NCBI GenBank assembly: GCA_963740315.1
Contig: CAVUDP010000002.1
Span: forward strand, 3,424,001-3,488,000
Direction: 5' to 3'
DNA: 64,000 nt
Source: an uncultured cyanobacterium
GTDB lineage: Bacteria; Cyanobacteriota; Cyanobacteriia; Cyanobacteriales; Nostocaceae
Each line of letters opens with the position of its first letter. Position 1 is the first letter of the stretch. Of the stretch, positions 21,354-36,171 are shown piece after piece. The notes beneath the pieces were generated by a model. It did not search any database. It worked only from the letters and a program-made list of their open reading frames with translations, and was not told the origin of the DNA. The position numbers and the translations under genes were made by a program.

Positions 21354-23858
21354 ATGGCAAAACAGTTAAACCTTCTCTCGACGGGACAGGTAATCACTAC
21401 AGCCTTGCATACGGAAATGCAAAGGTCTTATCTTGAATATGCCATGAGTGTAATCGTGGGGCGGGCGTTACCCGATGTACGCGATGGCTTAAAGCCGGTT
21501 CATCGGCGTATTTTGTACGCCATGCACGAACTCGGTTTAACTCCGGATAGACCTTATAGAAAATGCGCTCGTGTCGTTGGAGACGTGCTGGGTAAATATC
21601 ACCCCCACGGCGACCAATCGGTTTATGATGCTTTAGTGCGTTTAGTACAGACATTTTCTTGCCGTTATCCTTTGTTGGGAGGACACGGAAACTTTGGTAG
21701 TGTAGATAACGATCCTCCAGCGGCAATGCGCTACACGGAGACTCGTCTGGCACCTATTAGCCATGAGGGAATGCTCGCCGAAATTGGCGAAGAAACGGTA
21801 GATTTTATCGGTAACTTTGATAATTCTCAGCAGGAACCAACAGTTTTACCCGCGCAGCTACCGTTTTTATTGCTTAATGGTTGTGCCGGGATTGCTGTGG
21901 GAATGGCTACGAATATTCCACCGCATAATTTAGGCGAAGTAGTTGATGGGTTGATTGCTTTAATTGACAACCCCGAACTGTCTGACGAAAAATTATTTAA
22001 AATTATTCCCGGACCTGATTTTCCTACTGGTGGGGAAATTGTTGGAAAAGATGGTATTCGCGAAGCATACACCACGGGTAAAGGTGGTATTTTATTGCGC
22101 GGAGTTGCGAACATCGAGGAAGTTCCTACCGGACGTGGTAACAAACGACGCACCGCAATTGTAATTACAGAATTACCTTATCAAGTAAATAAGGCAGGTT
22201 GGATTGAAAAAGTTGCCGATTCAGTCAATCAAGGGCGGTTAACGGGAATTGCTGACATCCGCGATGAAAGCGATCGCGATGGAATGCGCGTAGTTATTGA
22301 GTTAAAGCGCGATGCTACTCCAGCGGAAGTTTTGTATTATTTGTATCACCAAACTGCGCTGCAAACTACTTTTGGGGCAATTCTTTTAGGGATAATTAAC
22401 GGACAACCGCGCCAGTTAAGTTTGCGTCAATTGCTGCAAGAGTTTTTGGATTTCCGCGAACAAACTCTCAACCGTCGCTACTCTTATGAATTAGGTAAAG
22501 CAGAAAGTCGGCTGCATCTGGTATCGGGTTTACTTACCGCACTTTCCCAAGTAGATGAAGTTATCGAAATTTTGCGACAGGCTCCCGATGGTTCTACTGC
22601 TAAAGTTAACCTTGTAAGTAGACTGGAATTAAGTGAGGTACAGGCAGATGAAATTTTAGCTATGCCTTTACGTCGTCTTACTGGTATGGAGCGACAAAAG
22701 TTAGAGCAAGAGTCCGAAGAACTTGAAACCAGAATTAATACGTTACGTAAGTTACTCAACGATCGCAAAGAATTACTTAAAAGTCTTAAAAAAGATTTGC
22801 GGAGTTTAAAACGCTCTTATAACGATAAGCGACGTAGTAAATTTGTAGAAAAGCCAGATAATAAAGCATTTGCCCGACAGAAGAATAAAGATAAAAATGC
22901 TAAATCCAAACTTGAGAGTATAGAATTACAGGTACCCGTTGAAGATGTAGTATTAGAATTTTCGCAACGCGGCTACGTGCGACGCACTAGTTCATCTGCA
23001 AAAAACAGTGGAAAGACAAACGGAATTCCAGATTACGATTTCATTATTCAATCATCGTTTACTGATACGCTTAAAGACTTACTAGTTGTAACTAGCGGTG
23101 GTAAAGTTTACCCGTTACAGGTAAAAGATATTCCTCCTACAACTGGGCGATCTGCGCGGGGAACACCGTTAATTACTTTGTTAACATCGACAGCTCAAAG
23201 CCAAAACGAATCTATTGTCAGTCGTTTTGTAATTCCAGAAAATGCAACTAATACAGATGTAGTTCTTTTAACCAAACAAGGACGTATAAAACGTTTATCG
23301 ACAGAAGAATTGATTAATATAACTCGTCGTGGAGTTACTATTATAAAACTCAAGGATAATGACGAATTGTTATTAACTCAGTTTGTTAATAAGGGCGAAC
23401 ATTTAATTTTAGCTAGTTCCGGTGGCAGACTACTACATTTTGAGGTGAATGATGCCCAACTTCCCTGCATGGGGCGTACTGCTGTTGGTTTACAGGCATT
23501 GCGCGTAGGTAGACAACATCAGATAGTTGGCTGTACAAGCTTTAGTAAAAATCATAACTTGTTGTTGGTTACTCAATCCGGATATGCCAAACAACTTAAT
23601 GCAAGTAAGTTGAAATTAGCCAATCGCGGCGATTTGGGCGCTCAAGCATTTAAGTTCGATCCACCAACCGATAACCTTGCAGGTATAGCATTAGTTAAAC
23701 CGGAAACTGAAATAGCGCTTGTCACGAGCAATCAACGAGTAGTACGTTTGGATGGAGAAAGCGTACCTTTATTAAATAAAAATGATAAAGGCGAGCAGGT
23801 TGTAGAACTCAGCCGCGATGAAAAAATTGTTACCGTTCACGAAATTGCACGCGAATAA
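21354..23858 (+). CDS. gyrA: Type IIA topoisomerase subunit A (GyrA/ParC paralog)
   Basis: [30 protein letters not shown], beta-pinwheel CTD without a canonical GyrA-box. Confidence 0.85.
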   Translation: MAKQLNLLSTGQVITTALHTEMQRSYLEYAMSVIVGRALPDVRDGLKPVHRRILYAMHELGLTPDRPYRKCARVVGDVLGKYHPHGDQSVYDALVRLVQTFSCRYPLLGGHGNFGSVDNDPPAAMRYTETRLAPISHEGMLAEIGEETVDFIGNFDNSQQEPTVLPAQLPFLLLNGCAGIAVGMATNIPPHNLGEVVDGLIALIDNPELSDEKLFKIIPGPDFPTGGEIVGKDGIREAYTTGKGGILLRGVANIEEVPTGRGNKRRTAIVITELPYQVNKAGWIEKVADSVNQGRLTGIADIRDESDRDGMRVVIELKRDATPAEVLYYLYHQTALQTTFGAILLGIINGQPRQLSLRQLLQEFLDFREQTLNRRYSYELGKAESRLHLVSGLLTALSQVDEVIEILRQAPDGSTAKVNLVSRLELSEVQADEILAMPLRRLTGMERQKLEQESEELETRINTLRKLLNDRKELLKSLKKDLRSLKRSYNDKRRSKFVEKPDNKAFARQKNKDKNAKSKLESIELQVPVEDVVLEFSQRGYVRRTSSSAKNSGKTNGIPDYDFIIQSSFTDTLKDLLVVTSGGKVYPLQVKDIPPTTGRSARGTPLITLLTSTAQSQNESIVSRFVIPENATNTDVVLLTKQGRIKRLSTEELINITRRGVTIIKLKDNDELLLTQFVNKGEHLILASSGGRLLHFEVNDAQLPCMGRTAVGLQALRVGRQHQIVGCTSFSKNHNLLLVTQSGYAKQLNASKLKLANRGDLGAQAFKFDPPTDNLAGIALVKPETEIALVTSNQRVVRLDGESVPLLNKNDKGEQVVELSRDEKIVTVHEIARE

Positions 23859-24636
23859 TAATTCGGTTCGTAGTAAGGAATACGCCTTCTAACAAATATT
23901 GGGTTAAAACCCTTACTACAAACTTTTTTACTTTTTATAAATAATATGGTTGATCTTAATATCGTAAAGCTCTACTAATGTCAACATATTGTTATATTTA
24001 TTTTGTAAACAATTGTATCTATTAAAATATAGCGGTTTTCAGTTGGATGCAATACAGTAACCACAAAGTTGGAACCAACCAAAAATATCGTTTAAACAAC
24101 AGTTTCCGCCATCTTTTGCGATCGCTTTATTTACATCCAAATAAGTTCTCGTTTCTTGTGAACGTAAAAATTCTTTAACTTTTGACCAAAAATTCTCATC
24201 CGCCTTCGCCGGGGCGTAGCCCTACAGGGAAAAATCTGGGAAATAAGGTGATAAACAAATATTATTAGCGCCAGCAGAATCAATCGCTTATGGAGATACA
24301 TAATTATTAAGACGGTTGCATCATTATTTTCTTCTACTAATTTTTAAAAAATAAGATAATGTTCTTCCTTTATCTTGGCTAGATTACCAATTTTATGTAG
24401 TAATGTTTCTACAGGGAAATGTATCTAAATAATAACCTATTAATCTTTGTATAAAACTGAGACTTACATAGAGTTTGGCAAGTTCTGGATAGGAACCTTC
24501 TCTAAAATCGGAAAGAATGAATAATTTTTTGGCGTAGGTTTTAGTCCTAAGCTTTCATAAGAAAATCATTGGTACACCCCTGGTTTTATTTAAGGGTGTT
24601 TGTATTCTACTCAACTTTAAAATGCTCTAAATATTC

Positions 24637-24660
24637 TATAATATTACAAAAGGTAAAGAA
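24637..24660 (+). promoter_or_regulatory. -10 element (TATAAT) and HLR1-like (RpaB) direct repeat upstream of hli
   Basis: TATAAT 24637-42 then ATTACAAA-AG-GTAAAGAA. Confidence 0.6.
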
Positions 24661-24690
24661 TAATTAGAAATTCAGCTTGGAGTAGTGATT

Positions 24691-24870
24691 ATGATAGATT
24701 CAACTAAAACGCCTATTGCAACACTTGAAGAACGTAATGCTTGGCGCTGGGGCTTTACTCCTCAAGCAGAAATTTGGAACGGTCGTTTAGCAATGATTGG
24801 TTTTTTAGCTGCTGCTTTGATTGAACTTTTTTCTGGTAAAGGTTTTTTACACTTCTGGGGTATCCTTTAA
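24691..24870 (+). CDS. hli: High-light-inducible protein (Hli/Scp)
   Basis: [19 protein letters not shown] chlorophyll-binding motif. Confidence 0.93.
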   Translation: MIDSTKTPIATLEERNAWRWGFTPQAEIWNGRLAMIGFLAAALIELFSGKGFLHFWGIL

Positions 24871-25003
24871 CATTCTCACCGGGCTAAAGCTAGGTGAATC
24901 TAAAAACAAAAAAGCCGTCATATGAGGACGGGGCTTTAAACCTACTGGAGTTTGATAAGTTTTTAATCATAGGATATTAAAAATTTAAATTTATTTTAGA
25001 AAT

Positions 25004-25041
25004 AAAGACCTGAGAGACAATTAGTACTCTCAGGTCTTTTT
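25004..25041. terminator. Bidirectional intrinsic terminator between hli and sigA
   Basis: AAAGACCTGAGAG...CTCTCAGGTCTTTT inverted repeat. Confidence 0.8.
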
Positions 25042-25094
25042 ATAGTCGCTTGTTATTAACCAATAATGACAAACGACCGAGTAAAAATAATTTA

Positions 25095-26270
25095 CTAGCG
25101 AATATATTCTTTAAGAACGCTGTTACGATTGGGGTGGCGCAACTTACGAAGCGCTTTTGCTTCAATCTGACGAATACGTTCGCGAGTTACGTTAAAAATT
25201 TGTCCAATCTCTTCAAGAGTTTTCATGCGACCATCGTCTAAACCATAGCGCAGTCTGAGAACATCGCGTTCGCGAGGGCTGAGACTATCTAAGACTTTTT
25301 CGAGGTCTTCGCGTAATAAACTCTTAGAAACTTGGTCTTCTGGTGTTTCGCCATCCGATTCAATAAAGTCACCCAAACGGGAATCTTCTTCTTTACCGAT
25401 GGGAGTTTCTAAAGAAATTGGTAGCTGAGCGGATTTAGCGATAAATCTCAGCTTTTCAATAGTCATCTCCATACGAGTAGCTATTTCTTCCTCAGTGGGT
25501 TTGCGTCCCATTTCTTGAGAAAGTAGCTTGGTAGTTTTCTTAATGCGAGAGATGGTTTCGTAAAGGTGAACTGGTAGACGAATCGTCCGAGATTGATCGG
25601 CGATCGCACGAGTGATAGCCTGACGAATCCACCATGTAGCGTAGGTAGAAAACTTATAACCTTTTTCGTGATCGAACTTTTCCGCAGCGCGAATCAAACC
25701 AAGACTACCTTCCTGAATCAAATCTTGGAAAGATAAGCCGCGATTCATGTATTTCTTAGCAATCGAAACTACAAGGCGCAGGTTGGATTGAACCATTTTG
25801 TCTTTCGCCCTACGTCCGACGTGAAGGCGATAGCGGAATTTTTGCAAGGGTAATTGTACCGCTTCTGCCCATTCGCTCTCTTGGGGTTGGCGTTCCAACT
25901 GCTGCACGAGTCTGTCGCCTACTCTTTCCAATTCAAGCAAATCGGCAATTTTACGTGCCAATTCAATTTCTTCGTCTGCTCGTAGAAGGCGAATTCTACC
26001 AATTTCCTGTAAATACAGGCGAATCGAATCTTCTGTGTAGTGCTTTTTCTTTGCTTGAGTCCGACGACGACCTTTAGCAGCTTTTGCTGTCTTTGCTACG
26101 GTACCAGATGCAGATCCTGTAAATTCTTCCTCTTCGCCTTCAGTAGTAACTAAATCTTCTTCGTCGTCTTCATCTTCTTCGATTAAGAGTTCTAACTCCA
26201 TCTCGGGCGGATTTATCACTCCGAGGTTCGGTTGATAAATATTTTCGAGTACGTTGTTAGCCTGGTTCAT
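25095..26270 (-). CDS. sigA: Primary RNA polymerase sigma factor
   Basis: [56 protein letters not shown]. Confidence 0.96.
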   Translation of the reverse strand: MNQANNVLENIYQPNLGVINPPEMELELLIEEDEDDEEDLVTTEGEEEEFTGSASGTVAKTAKAAKGRRRTQAKKKHYTEDSIRLYLQEIGRIRLLRADEEIELARKIADLLELERVGDRLVQQLERQPQESEWAEAVQLPLQKFRYRLHVGRRAKDKMVQSNLRLVVSIAKKYMNRGLSFQDLIQEGSLGLIRAAEKFDHEKGYKFSTYATWWIRQAITRAIADQSRTIRLPVHLYETISRIKKTTKLLSQEMGRKPTEEEIATRMEMTIEKLRFIAKSAQLPISLETPIGKEEDSRLGDFIESDGETPEDQVSKSLLREDLEKVLDSLSPRERDVLRLRYGLDDGRMKTLEEIGQIFNVTRERIRQIEAKALRKLRHPNRNSVLKEYIR

Positions 26271-27851
26271 GCCGCGTTCCTCATGCTCCTTGCAGAATCA
26301 ATTATTCTAGGTGGTGTTTTCCGTGCTTAGTGCTGTTAGCTATACAGCCAATTGACGTTTCTATTAATCAAAGGGCGATCGCCCGCTTTTCAACTTCCGT
26401 TTTTAAGTTTCACTCATTAGTCACAGTTTCCTGTTTGAACTAATACCCCTAGTTACAAAATTTAGACAACAAGCTGCTTATTCCCAGGGCGGGAAACCGC
26501 GTTGCATAAATTAAGTAATACGAAGAAGGTGAGTCACTTATAACGTTGTGAAAAGTTAACACCATGATTAATATCGTTACTTAAAACTTTCGACTTGATT
26601 TGGGAAAAATTAAACTTTCCGGTTATCAACTTACTCATTACATATAAAGTAATACGACTTGGGTAAGATTTTCCAGAAAGACTGTTCCGATTGTAGCCTG
26701 TTTCACAGAAATTGCACTATCATCATGCCGTATCCATAAAGTTATAGACTTGTTAATGGTCTGTTTTAGCAAAAACACCTTGAAGACTGTAGGTATATTG
26801 TGTAATTTTTTTCTAAATTTACAGAAATTACACAGTCTTTTCAATGTAAAAGAACTTGGATACACCTGAGTTTTATTTAATATAAGGTGTTATTTGCAAC
26901 ATAGTTAACCGCTCAATTACCAGTACTTTATAATTCTGAATGAATTTAAGTGATAATTTATCGCGACTGCTGCGTCCTTGGAGTACTTTGTTAAAAAACA
27001 TCCTCTCCTAAAAGCTTGAAATACGCAGAATCCAAACACTTTTTATCCTCAGATGAAAACATGTTTTGATAGGACAAAATCGTAAGTAACAAGACTTATA
27101 CCTTGGATTGGGTTTTTTTGGCTAGAAAGTACAAACAAATTGCAACATTACTCTTTCAAGCTTTGCAACCCGGTTGATTAAATCCATTCGCTTATAACTA
27201 CACCTTAGCGCACCATTCAAATTTCAGCCTTAAGATTCTTGACAAAATTTTATTGATTGATACATCGATATTCTAATCAATTTCATTCGAGTTTGACCTT
27301 TAAAATCATCGACTTAACACTTATTTAACACCCTTATTGCATAGAACAATTGCACAATTTGTCACAAGAAGCCATCTCAGTAAAAGACAGTATACTTTAC
27401 AATGCGGTTTTTTTTTATTCCCTGAGAAATAATTTTAGTTCTGTAGGAATTTGAACTCAGTAATATATACTCAAAACCTGCCTTAAGTAAGATAGTTTTA
27501 AAAAACTATAAAGGTATTATGCTCGATATTCTGTTCATTTTTCACTTTACCTCTTCCGGAAGATTGACAATTTTACTGTTTTGCCTTTTTAATATAAGGT
27601 TTGAAAAAATTATGTTGTGCGATTATAGTCATTAAGTCAAGGAAACTACATATAGTAGTTTTTCTAGAATAGAAGTATAAATTATAATTTATATATTGGA
27701 ATAGTAAAGCAGTGATTTTTTTTTAAGCATAACTATAGAGGGTTGGATTTATTTTTATTGACAATAAAAAGCGATCGGTAATTTAAAGCTGGTAAAAGCT
27801 ACAAAACGATCGCTAATAATAAATAATTTGGAACTTGAAATAAAGTAGATA

Positions 27852-31217
<3,366 letters not shown>

Positions 31218-31526
31218 TCATAGGGTTAAACCCAAACAAAATAATCGTATCGACCCTAAATTTTACTCTTATGAGTATTGATAAGTAGCTTCTATAACTG
31301 CAAATAAAGGCTTTGACACAAGAGGGCGGTTAAGAGAAAAATAGTAGATAAAGGATTATAAATTAAAACTTGAAAGTTAAAAATTATTTCTTTTTGTTTT
31401 TAGATTGAAGTTTGGGTTATATCTCTTGAAAAATAAGGAAGTGGGGATTAGCGAGTAGGGAGTAGGGAAGAGAATCTAAAATCTAAAAAAACGCATCCGT
31501 TGTTAAAATCCAAAATCCAAAATCGA

Positions 31527-32573
31527 ATGACCAAGTTAATAGTAATTTGTGGTGCGACAGCAACTGGTAAATCCGGATTAGCTTTGGCTTTAGCTCAACG
31601 CTGTAATTCCATCATAATTAGTGCTGATTCTCGCCAAGTATACCGAGAATTCAACATCGGAACTGCGAAACCCACGATTGAAGAACAAAATTTAGTACCC
31701 CATTACTTAATTGATATATGCAATCCAACTGATACAATGACGGTTGCTGACTATCAACAACAAGCACAAAGGATTTTAGGTCAAAGCTTAGAGGTTAAAG
31801 GTCAAAGCTTAGAGGTTAAAGGTCAAAGCTTAGAGGTTAAAGGTCAAAGCTTAGAAGTTGTTCCTGTTGTCCCCCTATCTCCCTATCTCCCCATCCCCTC
31901 ATCTCCCCATCCTCCCACCTTCTTAGTCGGTGGTACTGGATTGTATATTAAATCAATCGTGCGCGGAATGAAAATTCCTAGAGTTGCACCCCAAATGGAA
32001 TTGCGATCGCAACTTCTTAGCATTGACCAAAGCCAACTCTACGCTATGTTACAACAAGTTGACGGCGTTGCAGCACAAAAAATTCATCCCCACGATTCGG
32101 TACGGACTTTAAGGGCGTTAGAGGTATTTTATATTACTGGTAGTCCTATTTCGGAATTACAGGGAGAAAATCCACCAGATTATCCAATTCTGCAAATTGG
32201 GTTAGATTGCGATGTTGCTCATCTAACGAATCGTATTGCACGTAGAACCGAAAGTATGGTAAAAGATGGTTTTGTTGAGGAAGTAGAATATCTCTGTCAA
32301 AAGTATGGCAAGGATTTACCTTTACTCAACACTTTGGGATATCAAGAAATAAAACAATATTTAGCTGGAGACATTTCTTTAGATGAAGCAAAGGAATTAA
32401 CAATTTTACATACACGTCAATTTGCCAAACGTCAGCGCACCTGGTTTAGAAAAGATTATATAATTGAATGGTTTGATACTGAATCTCCGGATTTGTTAGA
32501 ACGGGTTTGGTTGCGAATTCAAGAATTTATCAATAATGACAAAGTGAATGATTTCATTCCAGTAAAATTCTAA
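31527..32573 (+). CDS. miaA: tRNA dimethylallyltransferase with in-frame repeat insertion
   Basis: GATATGKS, SADSRQVY, GTAKP, LVGGTGLY, TRQFAKRQRTWF. Confidence 0.95.
   Translation: MTKLIVICGATATGKSGLALALAQRCNSIIISADSRQVYREFNIGTAKPTIEEQNLVPHYLIDICNPTDTMTVADYQQQAQRILGQSLEVKGQSLEVKGQSLEVKGQSLEVVPVVPLSPYLPIPSSPHPPTFLVGGTGLYIKSIVRGMKIPRVAPQMELRSQLLSIDQSQLYAMLQQVDGVAAQKIHPHDSVRTLRALEVFYITGSPISELQGENPPDYPILQIGLDCDVAHLTNRIARRTESMVKDGFVEEVEYLCQKYGKDLPLLNTLGYQEIKQYLAGDISLDEAKELTILHTRQFAKRQRTWFRKDYIIEWFDTESPDLLERVWLRIQEFINNDKVNDFIPVKF
31778..31920 (+). repeat. 21-bp tandem repeat (~3.7 copies) plus pyrimidine-rich STRR inside miaA
   Basis: AGGTCAAAGCTTAGAGGTTAA units encoding GQSLEVK. Confidence 0.92.
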
Positions 32574-32647
32574 TTAACATAAGTTGTGTATTACTTGAAT
32601 CTAAATTATTAGTAATACCACATTTAGAAATACTGGCGTATTATAAA

Positions 32648-33445
32648 ATGCATAAACGCTTCTTTATTAATCTTTTTAGAATTAAAAATCGTCGGATGAA
32701 CTACAATCTTAATAGCCTATTACTGCTAATTTCTACAAGCTTGAATGTTTTCTTTTTATTGTTTGTTGTTTTTATAATTTTTCAAAAGGGTGGAATTCAT
32801 TATATTAAAAGCAAAATTGCAGCTATTGGTAAGAAAAATATTCAGAATGATTTAAGTATAAATTCCTATTACAAACATAAAAAGAGTCAGTTTGAAATCC
32901 TGACTAAATCAAATGATTCTATTATGTTTTTAGGAGATAGTTTAACCGATGAAGGTGAATGGGTAGAATTATTAGGAAATACTAATATTATCAACCGGGG
33001 AATTTCTGGCGATACTACGGGACGAATATTGAATCGTATGGAGGCAATTATTCAAACAAAGCCGAAGCAAATTTTCTTAATGGTTGGAATTAATGATTTT
33101 GTTAATGAGAAGAAATCAATAGAAGAAGTATTGAGCAAATATAAAATTATTTTAGAAGAGTTTCAAAATCAAATTCCTCAGACAGAAATATTTATTCAAA
33201 GTGTTTTGCCAGTAAATAATAACTTTACTTGTTTTCTAGAAGACGATCGCAATTTAATTGAATTCAACTTGAAATTACAAGAACTAGCAACAGAATTTAA
33301 TTATCAATATATAGATGTATTTTCTAATTTAGCAGATTCCGAAAATCAATTAGATGCTAGGTATACAACAGATGGCTTACATTTGAACGGAAAAGCTTAT
33401 TTGATTTGGAAAGATGCTGTTGAAAAGTATGTTGCTGTAAATTAA
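32648..33445 (+). CDS. GDSL/SGNH hydrolase with N-terminal membrane anchor
   Basis: FLGDSLT, NRGISGD, VGIND, DGLHLN. Confidence 0.92.
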   Translation: MHKRFFINLFRIKNRRMNYNLNSLLLLISTSLNVFFLLFVVFIIFQKGGIHYIKSKIAAIGKKNIQNDLSINSYYKHKKSQFEILTKSNDSIMFLGDSLTDEGEWVELLGNTNIINRGISGDTTGRILNRMEAIIQTKPKQIFLMVGINDFVNEKKSIEEVLSKYKIILEEFQNQIPQTEIFIQSVLPVNNNFTCFLEDDRNLIEFNLKLQELATEFNYQYIDVFSNLADSENQLDARYTTDGLHLNGKAYLIWKDAVEKYVAVN

Positions 33446-33450
33446 TGTCT

Positions 33451-34239
33451 TTATAAATCATCTGGATTAACACCCATTTCCCGCAATTTTTCAGCTAAAA
33501 GTTCTGCACGAGAAAGCGCTTGTTGTTTTTGTTGTTTTTCATCATCGGCTTGTTGTTGTGCAGTTTGGGCTTGTTGTTGTGCAGTTTGGGCTTGTTGTTC
33601 GGCAGTTTGAGCGCGTTGTTCGGCAGTTTGTGCGCGTTCGTCTCCCGTAGGTAAAATCGTGCCATCTTGATAGCACCAACGCAGCCAAGTATCTTCTCTC
33701 GCTTCAAATTTCCCTTCCCATAAAGTTAAACCCAATCCGACTTGCTCTAACCATGTTTCGTTCGTTTCTTGATAGCGTCTTCCCACAAGTTGATATCCGC
33801 GAAGCTGTTTTTCTCCTAATTGCTGAGCCGGGTCATATACTATGTAATAACTTGCTCGCATCTGTTCGTAAGTTTTTAGCTTTTCTCCTAATTCATCACC
33901 GATTTTATTCGAGACAATTTCAATTACGACTTCTGGGGATTTACCAAATTCCCAAACCATATAACAGCGATTTTGTTTCTCCCACCAATTTTCCGGTACT
34001 TGCACGTCAAAGCTGAGGAAGACATCAGGTACTATAGGAGGCTGTTTATATGCATGGTAGATTCCGACATTTGCTGATGCTAAGAAAATTTGATGTAAAG
34101 AACTGTAAAGAGAACTGACTAAAAGTCGTTGTTGTTTTTCAGATGCAAAGTTATCCACAGGGGTATCGTCTTCGGTAACTAATTTGTTAGCGTCTGGGAT
34201 ATAGAAGTTATCCTCAGAGACTAAAATTTGCTCAACCAT
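33451..34239 (-). CDS. Uma2-family (PD-(D/E)xK) putative endonuclease
   Basis: TEDDTPVDN, VPDVFLS, PEVVIEIVS, YYIVYDP, AQTAEQQ coiled-coil tail. Confidence 0.9.
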   Translation of the reverse strand: MVEQILVSEDNFYIPDANKLVTEDDTPVDNFASEKQQRLLVSSLYSSLHQIFLASANVGIYHAYKQPPIVPDVFLSFDVQVPENWWEKQNRCYMVWEFGKSPEVVIEIVSNKIGDELGEKLKTYEQMRASYYIVYDPAQQLGEKQLRGYQLVGRRYQETNETWLEQVGLGLTLWEGKFEAREDTWLRWCYQDGTILPTGDERAQTAEQRAQTAEQQAQTAQQQAQTAQQQADDEKQQKQQALSRAELLAEKLREMGVNPDDL

Positions 34240-34554
34240 AAAATTATCCACCTATTTCGCGTCTTTTTTCTAGTTTAATAAATTTTTCGTCAGCTAGTTG
34301 ATATATTGTTTCACTAAGTTCGTGACAAAAAGTAATTGCTTCATCTTTGACTTTAGATAGTGATGATGTGTTTTGAATTAGATCCATGTTTAAAAATCCT
34401 CTAAACAATATTATCCGCTTAGGGTTGCAAACCCCAAGCTAACAGCATAAGTCCTATAAATAGGACTGAAAAATTATTGCTGTCTTAGTCAGAATATTAA
34501 TTAATATTTCCAGTTTATATTCTTCTATCTCAATTACCAATTACTCTTAAAAAA

Positions 34555-35265
34555 TTAACGTACTTTCATCGCAGCATCGACTCCATCACGAATTAATTTT
34601 CCATCCTCCATATAAATGATTCTGTCGCCAATATCTAAAATACGGTTATCGTGAGTTACGAGTAAAATTGTACAACCTTGTTCTTTTGCTAATTTATACA
34701 TAATTTCCACTACATCCCGTCCCGATTTTTTATCAAGTGCAGCGGTTGGTTCGTCGGCTAAAACTATTTTCGGATTGCTTGATAAAGCACGAGCGATCGC
34801 CACTCTTTGTTTTTGTCCTCCCGATAGTTTTTCTGGATAATAATCGACTCGATTTCCTAAGCCAACTTGTTCTAAAATTGCGATCGCTTTAGCATCGATG
34901 TCTTGTTCTAAAAATTTGTCATGCAGTTCTAAAGACATTTTTACGTTTTGTTTGGCTGTTAAGAAGCTCAATAAATTATGGGCTTGAAAAATATAGCCGA
35001 TGTTTTGACGAATTTTTGTTAATTGTTGTTTGCTGGCTCCACGTATTTCTTGTTCTAAAATCTTTAAACTACCTTCTTGTGCGGAACGTAAGCCACCCAT
35101 TAAGGTTAGTAAAGTAGTTTTTCCGGAGCCAGATGGACCAGTTAAAATTACAATTTCGCCAGCATGAATATTTAAGTTGATATCGAATAATACTTGTTTG
35201 CGAAGATTTTTGTCGCCGAAGTAATGATTGAGATTTTGTACGCAGATGACGGGTTGTGGTGACAT
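34555..35265 (-). CDS. DevA-family ABC exporter ATP-binding subunit
   Basis: LNHYFG...KQVLFDINL, GLRSAQEGSL, VTHDNRIL. Confidence 0.9.
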   Translation of the reverse strand: MSPQPVICVQNLNHYFGDKNLRKQVLFDINLNIHAGEIVILTGPSGSGKTTLLTLMGGLRSAQEGSLKILEQEIRGASKQQLTKIRQNIGYIFQAHNLLSFLTAKQNVKMSLELHDKFLEQDIDAKAIAILEQVGLGNRVDYYPEKLSGGQKQRVAIARALSSNPKIVLADEPTAALDKKSGRDVVEIMYKLAKEQGCTILLVTHDNRILDIGDRIIYMEDGKLIRDGVDAAMKVR

Positions 35266-35336
35266 GATTTTTTATCTTATGTAGTTTGTAGAGACGCGAT
35301 ATGGTTTGTAGAGACGCGATATATCGCGTCTCTACA

Positions 35337-36143
35337 TTATGAAAGTCGCAATCTTGCAACAATTACGGGTGGGATTTCGCTAAATTTTGACCAACCAATA
35401 TAAATATTTTTAGCAGCTAATTCCGGAGGAAAAGCAGGTTCTTCTAAACCATCTAATACAAAACCGGCATTAAAAGCTGTATTTAACAACATATGTAAAG
35501 GACGATGAAAATAAGTATGTGGCTGCGGTTGATTTTCTAAAGCTAATCCGCGCTTTTTACTAGGCATCAAGTATGCTTTAACTTTGATGAAATATTCAGT
35601 ATAAATTTTGTTTTCTTCCTCTATTAATTCTGCTGCCAGAATAGTATGCATACTGTTAAAACAAGGATGCATAACGGCAAAGATAAAACAACCACCGGGA
35701 CGAATTAATTTTGTCAGCGTTCGGAATAAAGGCTCAATTTCTGCCATATCCATTAAAGCCATTGCGGAAACTGCTGCATCAAAAGAGTTTTCACCAAGTT
35801 TTAATAATGCCGTTTCATCGGTAGCATCTAAAACCTGATATTGAATTAATTCTTGATTTTTTGTAGTTCTTTTACGGGCATTGTCAATCATTTCCGATGC
35901 AAAGTCTATTCCTAAAACATTTGCACCTAAACTAGTTAATCTACGAGTAGTTAAACCGTTACCGCAACCAACATCTAAAATATTTTGTCCTGGTTTTAAT
36001 TGCAATAACCTTTCTATACTTGGACGAACTAAATATTTATGAAAGTCGTTACCTTCATCGCCCATTTTTTCATCCCAGAGTTGAGCCGTACTATTCCAAG
36101 CTTCGCGGGTTTGGTTGTTGATTGAATTTATATCATCTGTCAT
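35337..36143 (-). CDS. Class I SAM-dependent methyltransferase
   Basis: ILDVGCGNG motif I, FDAAVS, RPGG, HPCF. Confidence 0.9.
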   Translation of the reverse strand: MTDDINSINNQTREAWNSTAQLWDEKMGDEGNDFHKYLVRPSIERLLQLKPGQNILDVGCGNGLTTRRLTSLGANVLGIDFASEMIDNARKRTTKNQELIQYQVLDATDETALLKLGENSFDAAVSAMALMDMAEIEPLFRTLTKLIRPGGCFIFAVMHPCFNSMHTILAAELIEEENKIYTEYFIKVKAYLMPSKKRGLALENQPQPHTYFHRPLHMLLNTAFNAGFVLDGLEEPAFPPELAAKNIYIGWSKFSEIPPVIVARLRLS

Positions 36144-36171
36144 TGAAATAGCTCCTAAATTAATTCATCTC

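Noticed and set aside
24028..24150. Possible MITE (TAGCGGTTTTCAGTTGGATG...CATCCAAAT)
   Set aside because: Right end too degenerate to define boundaries
27643..27661. NrdR box
   Set aside because: Single copy, no tandem partner at ~31 bp and no nrd gene nearby
33451..34239. Uma2 genes as a defence or restriction system
   Set aside because: Highly expanded cyanobacterial family; the nearby methyltransferase lacks DNA-MTase motifs
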